A stretch of DNA of 64,000 nucleotides from Candidatus Micrarchaeota archaeon (GCA_021797745.1 JAJZZD010000005.1:1438-65437); one strand, 5' to 3'; counted from the stretch's first letter, positions 30,603-40,687 are shown. Translations and numbers: made by a program. The notes: generated from the letters alone by a model not told the origin.

Positions 30603-31511
30603 ATGGCCAATCCCCAGTACGTATGGTTTGACGGGAAGTTCGTGGATTTCGCTAAAGCCACAGTTCACGTGCTGACGCACTCGCTCCAGTACGGGAGCGG
30701 CGTCTTCGAAGGCATACGCGCATACGAAACAGCGAAAGGCAAGGCGATTTTCAGGCTGCAGGAGCATATTGCGAGATTCATGCGCGGCATAAAGGTAATG
30801 TCGCTGCCTGTCAGGTTTTCAGGTAGGCAGCTGTCAGATGCGGTTGTGAAAACAGTGATAAAGAACAGGCAGAAAGAATGCTACATACGTCCGTTCGCAT
30901 TCTATAACGACAAAAACATAGGACTTGGAACTGCAAATAAAAAAGCCAGTGTAATCATAGCGACAATTCCTCTCGCCGCATATTTCTCGAAAAAGAATAC
31001 TGGCATAGGCTGCATGGTGTCTTCATGGTCACGGATAAATTCCACAATCATACCTCCCGAGGTCAAGGCTAGCGGCAACTACCTTAATTCAATACTTGCC
31101 TCTTCGGAGGCAAAGCGCCTGGGGATGGACGAGGCCATAATGCTGTCAATCGATGGCTATGTTGCAGAAGGGCCTGGTGAAAATATTTTCATAGTGGAAG
31201 ACGAGAAACTGATTACGCCTCCGAGGGAAGCTGACATCCTGCCAGGGATAACGCGGGACAGCGTGATACAGCTGGCAAAGGCCAATGGGATAAGCGTAGA
31301 AGAGAGAAACATCCACAGAGAAGAACTGTTCACATGCGATGAAGCCTTTTTCTGCGGCACTGCGGCAGAGATAACTCCTATTTTGAAAATAGATGCCTAC
31401 AAGCTCGGAAACGGGAAAATAGGTAACACAACAAGGCAAATAACCGACTATTACACGCGCGCAGTGCACGGAGCATACGAGGAATTCGAAAGCTGGCTCA
31501 CATACGTTTGA
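30603..31511 (+). CDS. ilvE: Branched-chain amino acid aminotransferase
   Basis: HSLQYGSGVFEGIRAY, YIRP, KASGNY, EGPGENIF, ILPGITR, GTAAEITP. Confidence 0.95.
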   Translation: MANPQYVWFDGKFVDFAKATVHVLTHSLQYGSGVFEGIRAYETAKGKAIFRLQEHIARFMRGIKVMSLPVRFSGRQLSDAVVKTVIKNRQKECYIRPFAFYNDKNIGLGTANKKASVIIATIPLAAYFSKKNTGIGCMVSSWSRINSTIIPPEVKASGNYLNSILASSEAKRLGMDEAIMLSIDGYVAEGPGENIFIVEDEKLITPPREADILPGITRDSVIQLAKANGISVEERNIHREELFTCDEAFFCGTAAEITPILKIDAYKLGNGKIGNTTRQITDYYTRAVHGAYEEFESWLTYV

Positions 31512-31544
31512 CTAGCAATCCTGCATTTAACTGCTATGCCCGCG

Positions 31545-32183
31545 TCACTTCTTTATATTGCTCGGGTCTAAGCCTATCATCAGCAAAATCGCGCCTATTA
31601 TGTTTACTACAAGATACAATATCGCCCCGACTTGTATCATGTCGCTGTTGTTCGACGCCCCTATCCTCCAAAAGCCCACGATGGCCAATATACTTCCTAT
31701 GAATATTATTGCACCGCCAATAAAAATGGCCACGAGCAGTATTATCGCTGACATCGTGCCAGTGCCTGTCAATGCTACATAGCCTGCACTAGCCCCGTTA
31801 GGCTGCTGCAGTGAATGCACTGCGGCACCTATTGTAAGTAAGTTTATGACAGCGATCAAAACAATTCCGGCAAGAAATATCGCAGAACCTATTAACTGAA
31901 GCAGCGCGCCGACAGAGCCTATGCTGTAAGATTCGTTGGCGCTGCTGATTATCGCAAACCCTTTGCGCTCTAGGAAAAAAGACAGCAGAAAAATCGCAAA
32001 ACCAATTATCAACACCGGCCAGTAAATTATGCCGGGCACATGGCTGACTCCGCCAACTATTGCCAGTATGCCGCCTATAACTATTACCGCCAACCCTACT
32101 AGGTACAGTATCATCGCCGTTCTTAATTTCTCTACCCCTGCGCCAAAATTTTCGTTGTTTTTTACCATAACATTATCTCTCAA
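31545..32183 (-). CDS. DUF973-like membrane protein
   Basis: GVEKLR, KGFAII, SIGSVGA, GFWRIG...IQVGAILY. Confidence 0.7.
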   Translation of the reverse strand: MRDNVMVKNNENFGAGVEKLRTAMILYLVGLAVIVIGGILAIVGGVSHVPGIIYWPVLIIGFAIFLLSFFLERKGFAIISSANESYSIGSVGALLQLIGSAIFLAGIVLIAVINLLTIGAAVHSLQQPNGASAGYVALTGTGTMSAIILLVAIFIGGAIIFIGSILAIVGFWRIGASNNSDMIQVGAILYLVVNIIGAILLMIGLDPSNIKK

Positions 32184-32536
32184 AGCAGTTTAAATGTGGA
32201 GGTAAACCTATCTATTTCTTCGCCATTCCACGGACCTATTCCCAGTGCCGTGACAGTTCCTGGCTGAAGTTGCGTAAGCCCCGCGTCGCTGACAAGCGAG
32301 CATGGAATCTTCTTGAACCTGAAAGCCTCGAAAAGCTTTTTCAGCGCGTCCTCTGAATCGGCTTTCAGCACAATTTTTTTCTCGCCCTCGTCTATCCACT
32401 GCTTTGCAATCTCTTTGTCTTTTTTTTCTGCTTCGAGATAACTCATGAGAGAAGCGTGCGCGGCCTGTGCAGCAAGCTTGCCTTTGCCCATGCTTATGTC
32501 GCTTCTTATTATTATGACTTGTTTGATCTCTGCCAT
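32180..32536 (-). CDS. pth2: Peptidyl-tRNA hydrolase Pth2
   Basis: KQVIIIRSD, GKLAAQAAHA, DAGLTQ, LGIGP. Confidence 0.95.
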   Translation of the reverse strand: MAEIKQVIIIRSDISMGKGKLAAQAAHASLMSYLEAEKKDKEIAKQWIDEGEKKIVLKADSEDALKKLFEAFRFKKIPCSLVSDAGLTQLQPGTVTALGIGPWNGEEIDRFTSTFKLL

Positions 32537-32601
32537 GCGAACATTTACTATTTCCTCAATAAATTTTAAATAGCCCCACTTACGTAATTCTGTGTAGTCT
32601 T

Positions 32602-33282
32602 ATGCGTAATATTGGAAATGCCAGGTGGAAAACTCAGGAGGCTCATGGAAACGACGCAGCCTGTGCTGCCTCCCGAACAGACTCCAAAGCAGGCAAGGCA
32701 TGCGAAATGGAGCCGTTCATATCCAACGCTTCAGTTAAACTGAAGATTAAACAGCGGGAAGTCAAGTTGGCAATAGACTATCTGGTGCACGCCGGCTACA
32801 TCAATGTAGAAAACAACACTCTTAGCACAAACTATGCAAAGAAATCAACCCCCGCGTTCGCAGTCAAAGAACTAATAAATTCCTCACACGGCAAGCCAGA
32901 AGTACTGCACAAACGATTTGAATGGCTGAGAGACCTTGCCGGTGGCGTACCTGGCGTGTACAGAAAGCGCAGTGCATCAAGCAGCAACATATATGAAAGC
33001 ATTTATGTACCCGGTCTGTCTTCTTACATAACTTATTACTGCCAAGACAACGGCATTTCCGAGAGCACCTATTGGCTGAATTTAAACGTGTTAAGAAGTC
33101 GCGGGTTATTCGATTTCGGGATAGGAAAACAAGCAAGGGTTACGACATTGGGAAAGCGTGCCGTATTCGCAGAAGAAAAGAACAAGTGCGTTGAAAACCG
33201 CGACGCCGAAATCGCCCTTTTGATAATGAACGAACTTTTCGAGGCAGGAAAAAGTAAAATCAAGCAGTTGAGAAGGGATTAA
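32602..33282 (+). CDS. Hypothetical protein with possible winged-helix repeats
   Basis: AIDYLVHAGYINVE and LNVLRSRGLF...RVTTLGK. Confidence 0.45.
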   Translation: MRNIGNARWKTQEAHGNDAACAASRTDSKAGKACEMEPFISNASVKLKIKQREVKLAIDYLVHAGYINVENNTLSTNYAKKSTPAFAVKELINSSHGKPEVLHKRFEWLRDLAGGVPGVYRKRSASSSNIYESIYVPGLSSYITYYCQDNGISESTYWLNLNVLRSRGLFDFGIGKQARVTTLGKRAVFAEEKNKCVENRDAEIALLIMNELFEAGKSKIKQLRRD

Positions 33283-33418
33283 AAAATATTCAAAGAGCAA
33301 TTTTCATATGCGAAAGCCGCTGCATACTGCCGTATTTCCATATATTCGGTGTTTTTTTCACTAACTCTTATATAATTGAAATCAACATTAAACCAGCGAT
33401 GTTACACGTTTGATTATC

Positions 33419-34573
33419 ATGTCAGAATTGGCAGAGAAAGCAATAACCGAGCTAATAAGGAATTACTACAAAAAAGCCGAGTCTCTGGCTCCGGACAGGA
33501 TAGAGCAGCGCGAATTCGGCTTTGGCGAGTTCTCGCGCAAAATAGCGTTCAGGCACATTTCTTTCAAGAATGAAGCGGAATTCAGGAAATATCTTGTAGA
33601 AAAGGCTCCTCCTTATGCTGACTATTCTGCAGCATATTACAAATTTCCCAGCGCAAGACCGATGGAAAACAAGGTCTGGCTTGGCTCAGAATTGAGGTTC
33701 GACCTAGACGCCAGCGACAAAAAATTCGAGTGCAAAAAGCACGAGCAGGGCTGGCTTTGCGAGGAAAGGCTTGATGCCGTGAAGGCAGATACAATTGCCC
33801 TGGCGCAAGATTTCCTCATAGATTCGTTCGGTTTCGAGGAAAGCGACCTAGGAATAAACTTCAGTGGCAACAGAGGCTATCATGTGCACATAACAAAAGA
33901 AAGCGTGATGAAGCTGAGCAACCACGAAAGGGAGGAAATCGCCAATTTCATCAAGGCAATAGGGCTTAAAACATCAGAGTTTTTTCCTGCGCTCGGAAAA
34001 CGTGGGGAGAGTTTCACAGGACCCAAGCCCGATGATTATGGATGGGGCGGCATTATGGCCAGAAACACCATTGCGGCACTTGGCCAGGGCAGCGAGGCTG
34101 TTGCGAACATGGGTGTTGAGTACAGAACAGCCAAGAAACTATGCCGCGAAAAGGCGCTGATAGAAATGGGCATAAAGAACGGAAACTGGGACATGGTAAG
34201 AATAGACAAAAAGGCAGAGGTGTGGTCTGCTATCGCAGAACACATTGTGAAAAAGAAATCAGTCTGCATAGATGAAAACGTCACAATAGAGAAATACCAT
34301 CTTATGCGTCTTCAGAACACCATACACGGCAGCAGCGGACTTCTGGCTAAAAAAATTAAATCAATAAGCGCTTTGGATAAATTCGCACCACTTACCGACC
34401 CGATAGTCTTTAGAGAAGGCGAAATGAAAATAAAAGCAACCACGCCTTATGCGCTTGAAATGAATGGCCAAAGTTACGGGCCTTTTTCCAACAACGAAGT
34501 AATACTTCCCACTTATGTGGCAGTATACTTATATTTAAAAGGATATGCGGACATAATTAGTGTGCAATCTTGA
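33419..34573 (+). CDS. priS: DNA primase catalytic subunit
   Basis: EQREFGF, YSAAYY, ELRFDLDA, FSGNRGYHVH, IDENVT, LMRLQNTIHG. Confidence 0.93.
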   Translation: MSELAEKAITELIRNYYKKAESLAPDRIEQREFGFGEFSRKIAFRHISFKNEAEFRKYLVEKAPPYADYSAAYYKFPSARPMENKVWLGSELRFDLDASDKKFECKKHEQGWLCEERLDAVKADTIALAQDFLIDSFGFEESDLGINFSGNRGYHVHITKESVMKLSNHEREEIANFIKAIGLKTSEFFPALGKRGESFTGPKPDDYGWGGIMARNTIAALGQGSEAVANMGVEYRTAKKLCREKALIEMGIKNGNWDMVRIDKKAEVWSAIAEHIVKKKSVCIDENVTIEKYHLMRLQNTIHGSSGLLAKKIKSISALDKFAPLTDPIVFREGEMKIKATTPYALEMNGQSYGPFSNNEVILPTYVAVYLYLKGYADIISVQS

Positions 34574-34639
34574 GCAGACGCGCCTACTGCATATTCACCG
34601 CCGTATAGGCGCATGTGTGGAAAGAGCAGCAAGGAATAA

Positions 34640-34785
34640 GAACCAGGAGCAGACAGACACAGACAAACACAAATAAACACAAAGAAAAACAAACAGCATA
34701 TTTCGCAGAAACTTGCAGCTAAACTAATGCATGCAATACATGCAAAACACAATACAAAGAGCATATAAACAATACAAAAATAAGT
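34640..34785 (+). repeat. A/C-rich low-complexity spacer
   Basis: cagacagacacagacaaacacaaataaacacaaagaaaaacaaac... Confidence 0.6.
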
Positions 34786-34791
34786 GGTCGA

Positions 34792-35370
34792 ATGGGATCC
34801 TACGGACACATCGAAAAAACATTCCAAAACGAATACAAAGCACGCTCTGTTGAACTAAGAAACAGGCTGAATGCATGGAATTCAGGCGAAGTTATAGTTC
34901 GCATAGACAGGCCGACAAACATATCCAGAGCCAGGTCGCTCGGATACAAGGCCAAGCAGGGTGTGATTCTTGTCAGGGTTAGGGTCGGCAAAGGGCTCAG
35001 CAAGAGGCAGAAGCCGGCGCACGGGAGAAAGCCGTCAAAAATGGGAAGATTTTATGCCTACAGGAAGTCGCTTCAGAGCGTAGCCGAAGAAAGGGCAGCG
35101 AGGAGATTCAGCAACTGCGAAATACTCAATTCATATTACGTAGGTGAAGACGGCGGCAGCAAGTACTTCGAGATAATGCTATTGGACAGGAGTCATCCTG
35201 CAATAGCTTCAGATCCTGATTTTTCCAGGATTCTTGGTCAGAAAAACAGGGTTTACCGCGGCCTTACCAGCTCAGGCAGAGCGCACAGAGGGCTATTCGT
35301 AAAAGGCAAAGGCGCAGAGAAAGTCAGACCTAGCATAAGGTCAAAGCAGAGGCATTTCTTCAGGGGCTGA
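34792..35370 (+). CDS. rpl15e: 50S ribosomal protein L15e
   Basis: RPTNISRARSLGYKAKQG, AEERAARRF, NSYYVGEDG, RGLTSSG. Confidence 0.97.
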   Translation: MGSYGHIEKTFQNEYKARSVELRNRLNAWNSGEVIVRIDRPTNISRARSLGYKAKQGVILVRVRVGKGLSKRQKPAHGRKPSKMGRFYAYRKSLQSVAEERAARRFSNCEILNSYYVGEDGGSKYFEIMLLDRSHPAIASDPDFSRILGQKNRVYRGLTSSGRAHRGLFVKGKGAEKVRPSIRSKQRHFFRG

Positions 35371-35405
35371 TGATAGTCACTACACATTGAACACAGGGCA
35401 TTAGT

Positions 35406-35678
35406 ATGGAGGTTGAAGCGCAGGCGGACATCGAGATAAAATTCAAGGGAAATCCCAAAGATTATGTGTCTATACTCGGCAAAGCGCCAGAATACGACAG
35501 GAGCAGCGTTGAAATAAATGCAGGAAAGGACAGCCTGAAAATCCATGTGAGTGCTGTCGACGCGGCAGCATTATTCGCGTCGATGAACAGCGCACTAAAG
35601 CAGATACGCGTAATCAGCAGGGTCGATGACGCCTTGGAAAGGATAGGAGCTAAAGGGAGCGGTCGAAACGCACCCTAG
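35406..35678 (+). CDS. pcc1: KEOPS subunit Pcc1
   Basis: RSSVEI...IHVSAVDAAALFASMNSALKQI. Confidence 0.75.
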   Translation: MEVEAQADIEIKFKGNPKDYVSILGKAPEYDRSSVEINAGKDSLKIHVSAVDAAALFASMNSALKQIRVISRVDDALERIGAKGSGRNAP

Positions 35679-35705
35679 CCTGATTGCCTAGTCTTGCGCA
35701 AGAAA

Positions 35706-35738
35706 TATAAATATGCAAAAGGCAATAAAAAGGCAATA
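35706..35738 (+). promoter_or_regulatory. Putative promoter of the uL3 operon with a tandem 11-bp repeat
   Basis: TATAAATA at 35706-35713 after a purine-rich BRE-like stretch; AAAAGGCAATA at 35717-35727 and 35728-35738. Confidence 0.4.
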
Positions 35739-35870
35739 ATTACGGCTGTTAAATAACGTGCATGAATTCCAGTCTGTTGAAATTATACTTATCTGGTATT
35801 TAGTTGACAATCAGCGAACGGGCAAGCAAATCGCAAGCAAAACAAAAAGTGAATTGAAAAGTGGATTGAT

Positions 35871-36827
35871 ATGAGGCGAGGCTCTCTAGAATACTGGCCG
35901 CACAGGCGTGCAAAAAAACAGATGCCCAGGCTCAGAAGCTGGGTCGAACTAGCCGAGCCCTCTTTTGCGAATTTTGTCGCTTTCAAGACAGGCATGACGC
36001 ACATAGGCTTCACAGACGATTCTAATTCTCCTGCCAAAGGCACCGAGATAATAAGCGCAGCCACAGTGCTCGAGATACCGAGAGTTTTCATTTACGGTAT
36101 CAGGCTTTACCACAAAACTGTTTACAAAGAGCCTGTTGACGAAGTTTACGACAAGCAGCTTGCAGCTAAAATCGGAATCAAAAAAACCGAAAAGACGAAT
36201 CTCGATTCTGTCAAAAAGGACACATCAAAATACGTGGACGCTGCAGCGCTGGCATTTCTCGACCCATCAAGCCTGGGCTTCGGCATGAAAAAGCTTATGC
36301 GATTCGAAATGCACGTGGGTGGCAAGAGCATAGACGAGAAAATAGCATTCATAGCCGGTTTTCTCGGCAAGGAAGTTAAGATAACAAATTTCCTTAAGGC
36401 AGGCGATTACATAGACATTACTGGGATAACCAAGGGCAAGGGTTGGCAGGGGCCTGTGAAGAGATTCGGTGTGGCGAGGCTTTACCACAAGGCAACAGGC
36501 AAGACCAGGCACGTAGGCACACTGGGTCCATTCCACCCGCCTAAGGTGCTCTATTCCGTCCCAATGGCAGGGCACATGGGCTACAACTACCGGACAGAAC
36601 TAAACAAGCGTGTAATGAAAGTAGGAAGCGCGGCAAGCGCTTCAGAAATAAATCCAAGCGGTGCATTTCCGCATTATGGAGTTGTGAGGAACGATTATCT
36701 AATAGTGAAAGGTTCGGTTTCCGGGACTCCGAAGAGAATGGTAAGAATACGAAAGGCATTAAGAAGCACGTACTCTGAGGCTCAGCCGCAGGTAAAGTAC
36801 GTGTCGCTTACGGCAAAACAGGGTTAA
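35871..36827 (+). CDS. rpl3: 50S ribosomal protein L3
   Basis: RRGSLEYWPHRRA, FKTGMTH, TKGKGWQGPVKRFG, RTELNKR. Confidence 0.97.
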   Translation: MRRGSLEYWPHRRAKKQMPRLRSWVELAEPSFANFVAFKTGMTHIGFTDDSNSPAKGTEIISAATVLEIPRVFIYGIRLYHKTVYKEPVDEVYDKQLAAKIGIKKTEKTNLDSVKKDTSKYVDAAALAFLDPSSLGFGMKKLMRFEMHVGGKSIDEKIAFIAGFLGKEVKITNFLKAGDYIDITGITKGKGWQGPVKRFGVARLYHKATGKTRHVGTLGPFHPPKVLYSVPMAGHMGYNYRTELNKRVMKVGSAASASEINPSGAFPHYGVVRNDYLIVKGSVSGTPKRMVRIRKALRSTYSEAQPQVKYVSLTAKQG

Positions 36828-36836
36828 TGAGGTGCT

Positions 36837-37643
36837 ATGATGCAAGCTAACGTTTACAAACTGGATTCTACAGTGAAGAAAAGCATAGACCTGCCTGTTG
36901 TTTTCGATACGCAATTCAGGAAAGACATAGTCATGCGCGCTCTGCTGAGTGAGCAAAGCAAAAAATACCAGCCGCAGGGCAGATATCCCCTTGCAGGATT
37001 GCAGACTACAGCAACTTATATGGGCGCGTACGGAACATACAGAACCCTGAGGCACGTGGGAAGGGCAATAAGGCCCAGGCAAAAACTGGCGGCCGGGGCG
37101 ATGGGAGACGTAAGGAGAATACCATCGGCAACAAAAGGGCGAAGGGCGCACCCGCAGAAGACAAACAAAATCACTGCAGAACAGATCAACAGGAAGGAGT
37201 ACGAAAAGGCAATATCTATGGTGATAGCCGCAACATCAAACAAGAAGCTTGTGCAGGAAAATTACAAGTATGAAAAAATCCAGCTGCCTGTTGTTGTGGA
37301 TTCAGAAATAGAAAAAATAAACAAGTCCAGGGAATTGGTAAAGGTGCTGAACGCACTCGGTTTCAGCGAGGTGCTCGATGATTCGCACAAGCCAGCCAAG
37401 AGAAAAGGGTTAAGGAGGCTTTCGCGCCAGAGGCATTTCAAGAGCGGCGCAGTGATAATTGCAAAAGACATTTCAAAGCTGCATTATGCGGGAAGGAACA
37501 TTCCTGGGATAGACGTGATAGGTGTTGAGAGCATGACTGTGGAGAAGCTAGCGCCTGGCGCCAATCCAAGGATAGCCATATGGAGCGAGTCTGCAATAAG
37601 CGACATAGAAAAAGGCATATCAAGCTCGGGGATGAACAGGTAA
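36837..37643 (+). CDS. rpl4: 50S ribosomal protein L4
   Basis: LPVVF, KGRRAHP, RNIPGIDV, LAPG. Confidence 0.95.
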   Translation: MMQANVYKLDSTVKKSIDLPVVFDTQFRKDIVMRALLSEQSKKYQPQGRYPLAGLQTTATYMGAYGTYRTLRHVGRAIRPRQKLAAGAMGDVRRIPSATKGRRAHPQKTNKITAEQINRKEYEKAISMVIAATSNKKLVQENYKYEKIQLPVVVDSEIEKINKSRELVKVLNALGFSEVLDDSHKPAKRKGLRRLSRQRHFKSGAVIIAKDISKLHYAGRNIPGIDVIGVESMTVEKLAPGANPRIAIWSESAISDIEKGISSSGMNR

Positions 37644-37649
37644 AATTGC

Positions 37650-37735
37650 GGCAAAAAAAAACAAAACACAAAATACAAATACAAACACAAACACCCACAC
37701 CCACAAAAATAAAATAAAATGTAAAATAAAAGTGA
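37650..37735 (+). repeat. Degenerate hexamer/pentamer microsatellite in the rpl4-rpl23 spacer
   Basis: acaaaatacaaatacaaacacaaacacccacacccacaaaaataaaataaaatgtaaaataaaa. Confidence 0.7.
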
Positions 37736-37739
37736 TAAA

Positions 37740-37991
37740 ATGAATGTGCTTCTTTACCCGCTTGCGACAGAAAAAGCAATAAATATGGTAGAGCGGAACA
37801 ACCTTATCACGTACATAGTGGATACCCGGGCGAACAAGAGCGAGATAAAAGAGGAGTTCGAGAAGACATTCAATGTGAAGGTGGCTAAAGTGAATGTTGC
37901 GAATAGCATTAAAAACTACAAGAAAGCATACATAACGCTTGAAAAGCAGTTCAGCGCCAGCGACATAGCGCTGAAGCTTAAATTGGTTTAA
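37740..37991 (+). CDS. rpl23: 50S ribosomal protein L23
   Basis: PLATEKA, ANKSEIK, KKAYITL. Confidence 0.96.
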   Translation: MNVLLYPLATEKAINMVERNNLITYIVDTRANKSEIKEEFEKTFNVKVAKVNVANSIKNYKKAYITLEKQFSASDIALKLKLV

Positions 37992-38004
37992 CGAAGTGGC
38001 ATAA

Positions 38005-38724
38005 ATGGGAAAACGACTTAAACAGCAAAGACGCGGCAAAGGCAGCAATGCATACACTAAGCCGCCGCTAGCAGGCAAGGCGGACGTAATGTTCCCGAAC
38101 AGGGTTCAGCAGGGCGCTTTGCAGGGCGAAGTCATAGATTTTGTCGATAGCCCGATGCACTCATCGCTTCTGATGAAGGTAAGGTTCGAGGACATGAGCG
38201 AGCATGTTCTTATCGCTCCAGAAGGCATACAGATAGGCGGCAAAATACACGAAGGCAATTCCGCGCCAGTGGCAATAGGAAACATACTCCCGCTTTCGAA
38301 CATACCTGATGGCATGCTTATTTACAACGTCGAGCTCAATCCTGAGGACGGCGGAAAATTCGCACGCGCGGCAGGAAGCTACGCTACAGTTGTATCGCAT
38401 CTAGACACAGGAGTTTCAGTGCTTTTGCCGTCGAAAACTACAGTAGAGCTGAGCAACGACTGCAAGGCGCAGATCGGAGTCGCCGCAGGCGGCGGAGCGG
38501 GTGTCGCGCCGATACTTAGGGCTGGCAAAAGCCACTACATGCACCACGCAGTTAATGCGCTCTGGCCCAGGTACAGGGGCGTAAAAGGAAATCCGGTAGA
38601 CCATCCATTCGGAGGAAAGCAGCACCACAAGGGAGCGAGCTCCATGACGTCATGGAATGCGCCGCCAGGGGCAAAGGTAGGCCACATAGGCGCAAGCCGC
38701 GTGGGAAGGAAGAAAAGAGGTTAA
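38005..38724 (+). CDS. rpl2: 50S ribosomal protein L2
   Basis: MGKRLKQQRRGKG, GGKFARAAG, NPVDHPFGG, PPGAKVG. Confidence 0.97.
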   Translation: MGKRLKQQRRGKGSNAYTKPPLAGKADVMFPNRVQQGALQGEVIDFVDSPMHSSLLMKVRFEDMSEHVLIAPEGIQIGGKIHEGNSAPVAIGNILPLSNIPDGMLIYNVELNPEDGGKFARAAGSYATVVSHLDTGVSVLLPSKTTVELSNDCKAQIGVAAGGGAGVAPILRAGKSHYMHHAVNALWPRYRGVKGNPVDHPFGGKQHHKGASSMTSWNAPPGAKVGHIGASRVGRKKRG

Positions 38725-38737
38725 AGGTTGATGATTT

Positions 38738-39130
38738 ATGCCAAGAATATACACTTACCGGGGCAAGACTGCTGAAGAGCTGGCAGCCCTCAGCACGCAG
38801 GAATTTTCAAAGATAGTAAATTCGCGGCAGAGGCGTGCCATCAAGAGGATTGGACTGCTTTACAAGAAGCTTGCTGCCGAGGTCGAAAAGTCGAAGAAGT
38901 CAAATCCTAAAAAGGTAATCAAGACGCACGTAAGAGAGGCTGTGATACTGCCTTCGTGGCTGAACCTGAAATTTGGAGTGTATGATGGGAAAACCTTCCA
39001 GGAGATAGTCATAACTCCTGAAATGCTCGGCCATAGGCTCGGAGAGTTCGTTTATACTACACACAGAGTCATGCATTCAGCGCCTGGCATAAGGGCAACG
39101 CGCGGAAGCAAGTTCCTTGCGGTGAAATAA
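38738..39130 (+). CDS. rps19: 30S ribosomal protein S19
   Basis: YRGKT, KTHVR, EMLGHRLGEF, GIRATRGSKF. Confidence 0.97.
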   Translation: MPRIYTYRGKTAEELAALSTQEFSKIVNSRQRRAIKRIGLLYKKLAAEVEKSKKSNPKKVIKTHVREAVILPSWLNLKFGVYDGKTFQEIVITPEMLGHRLGEFVYTTHRVMHSAPGIRATRGSKFLAVK

Positions 39131-39930
39131 TGAGTCATAGATATTCTTTCGACACAAAAAGTGAAGGCATAGCGTTCGCGCAGGCTTACGACGTCAATGC
39201 TAGCTACAAAGACATGTGCGCAGTGTGCGATTCGATACGCTACCTAAAGATCGACAGGGCGCTAGGCGTTCTCGACGGAATAATAAGCAAGAAAAGGCCG
39301 ATTCTGTTCAAAAAATTCAATAAGCACATGGGCGCAAGGCATGAACTCGGAGGAAGGAAAGGCGCATATCCGATCAGGGCAGCCCAGGAAGTAAGAAAAG
39401 TGCTGATAAATGCACGGTCGAACGCCGAAAACAAGGGCTTCGACGCAGATAACATATTCATAGCGTACGCAAGCGCAAACAAAACGCACATAGAAAGGAG
39501 GGGCCCATCAAAAGGAGGCGCATCATGGGGAAGAGGAATGTATGGATTCAGCGCAGCCGTGCACAGCGACATAGAGTACGCCAAGGTGGAGATAGGCGTT
39601 TCTGAATTCGAAAATGAATCGCTTCCGAGAAATGCAAGATATTTGATGAAGGCGAAGAATCCTTCCGAAACAGCAGGCTCAAAAACAAAAGTAAAAACAT
39701 CCAGACCCAAGCCTAGCGCCAAGCCGCAGCCTAAGGCCGAAAACAAGCAGCAAGGTGCTTTGCAGGAAAGCAAAGAAGGTAAGGGCGGCAAGGAGAACAA
39801 AACCGTCAAAACTGATGTCAGCAAGAAAACAGTGCCAGAGGAAAAGAAGGAGTTCAAAGCAGAGCAGGATGCAAGGAACAAGGTCGAGAAGGAAAAAGGA
39901 CAAATAGCTATGCCTGCAGATAAAAAGTGA
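39130..39930 (+). CDS. rpl22: 50S ribosomal protein L22 with ~100-aa charged C-terminal extension
   Basis: ASYKDMCAVCDSIR, GAYPIRAA, NARSNAENKG; K/E/P/Q-rich tail after VEIGVSE. Confidence 0.93.
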   Translation: MSHRYSFDTKSEGIAFAQAYDVNASYKDMCAVCDSIRYLKIDRALGVLDGIISKKRPILFKKFNKHMGARHELGGRKGAYPIRAAQEVRKVLINARSNAENKGFDADNIFIAYASANKTHIERRGPSKGGASWGRGMYGFSAAVHSDIEYAKVEIGVSEFENESLPRNARYLMKAKNPSETAGSKTKVKTSRPKPSAKPQPKAENKQQGALQESKEGKGGKENKTVKTDVSKKTVPEEKKEFKAEQDARNKVEKEKGQIAMPADKK

Positions 39931-39934
39931 TTTA

Positions 39935-40564
39935 TTGGTAGTAGAAAGGAAATTCATATCTGATTCGATTGTAAAAGATGAGATAACAAAATATCTCGCC
40001 CAAAAGCTCAGCCGTGCAGGTTTTTCCAGAATAGACATACAGAAGACTCCGATGCTTACTAGGATAACAGTTCACGTGACAAACCCGGGAAAGGTAATAG
40101 GAAGAGGCGGCGAAACGATAAAGCAGCTCACAACTTCGCTGAAGGAGAAATTCGACGTGGAAGAGCCGCAAATCAATGTTGCAGAGGTGCAAAATCCGAT
40201 GCTCGAGCCCAGGCTTGTGGCCAAGTACATCGCCAACGCTCTGGAAAGGGGCGCTAGGGCGAGGAGCCTTTTGCACGGTGTTCTAAAAGAGATCGTAGAC
40301 AACGGTGCCATGGGGGTCGAGATAATTGCAACTGGCAAGCTCGCGGCAAAGAGCGCACAGGCAAGGAGCATGAAGCTCATGTACGGCTACATACCGAAGG
40401 CCGGATATGTGGTCAAGCTCGCAAACGAGGCCCACGTGGCGTCGTATCCTAAGTACGGAGCAATCGGAATAACTGTCAGGATAGTACAGCCAGGCACGAT
40501 ATTCCCAGGAAGGGAGATAAAGAAAGCGGTTGCGCTGCCGAAGAGCATAGAAGGCGCGTCGTGA
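39935..40564 (+). CDS. rps3: 30S ribosomal protein S3
   Basis: RAGFS, PGKVIGRGG, GAMGVEI..TGK, GAIGITVRI. Confidence 0.96.
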   Translation: MVVERKFISDSIVKDEITKYLAQKLSRAGFSRIDIQKTPMLTRITVHVTNPGKVIGRGGETIKQLTTSLKEKFDVEEPQINVAEVQNPMLEPRLVAKYIANALERGARARSLLHGVLKEIVDNGAMGVEIIATGKLAAKSAQARSMKLMYGYIPKAGYVVKLANEAHVASYPKYGAIGITVRIVQPGTIFPGREIKKAVALPKSIEGAS

Positions 40565-40687
40565 AACTCAAATGCCTGCTACGCCTGAATCGGTTAATGG
40601 CATATTGCAACATATCTGTATATCAAAATATACAAGTTAACAGCCATCTGATAATATTAAATATCTGAACAAACAAAGTGACATCGA

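Noticed and set aside
34579..34612. GCGCCTA...TAGGCGC stem after priS as an ncRNA
   Set aside because: Only a 7-bp stem, with no box C/D, H/ACA or K-turn motifs; more likely a 3'-end structure or chance.
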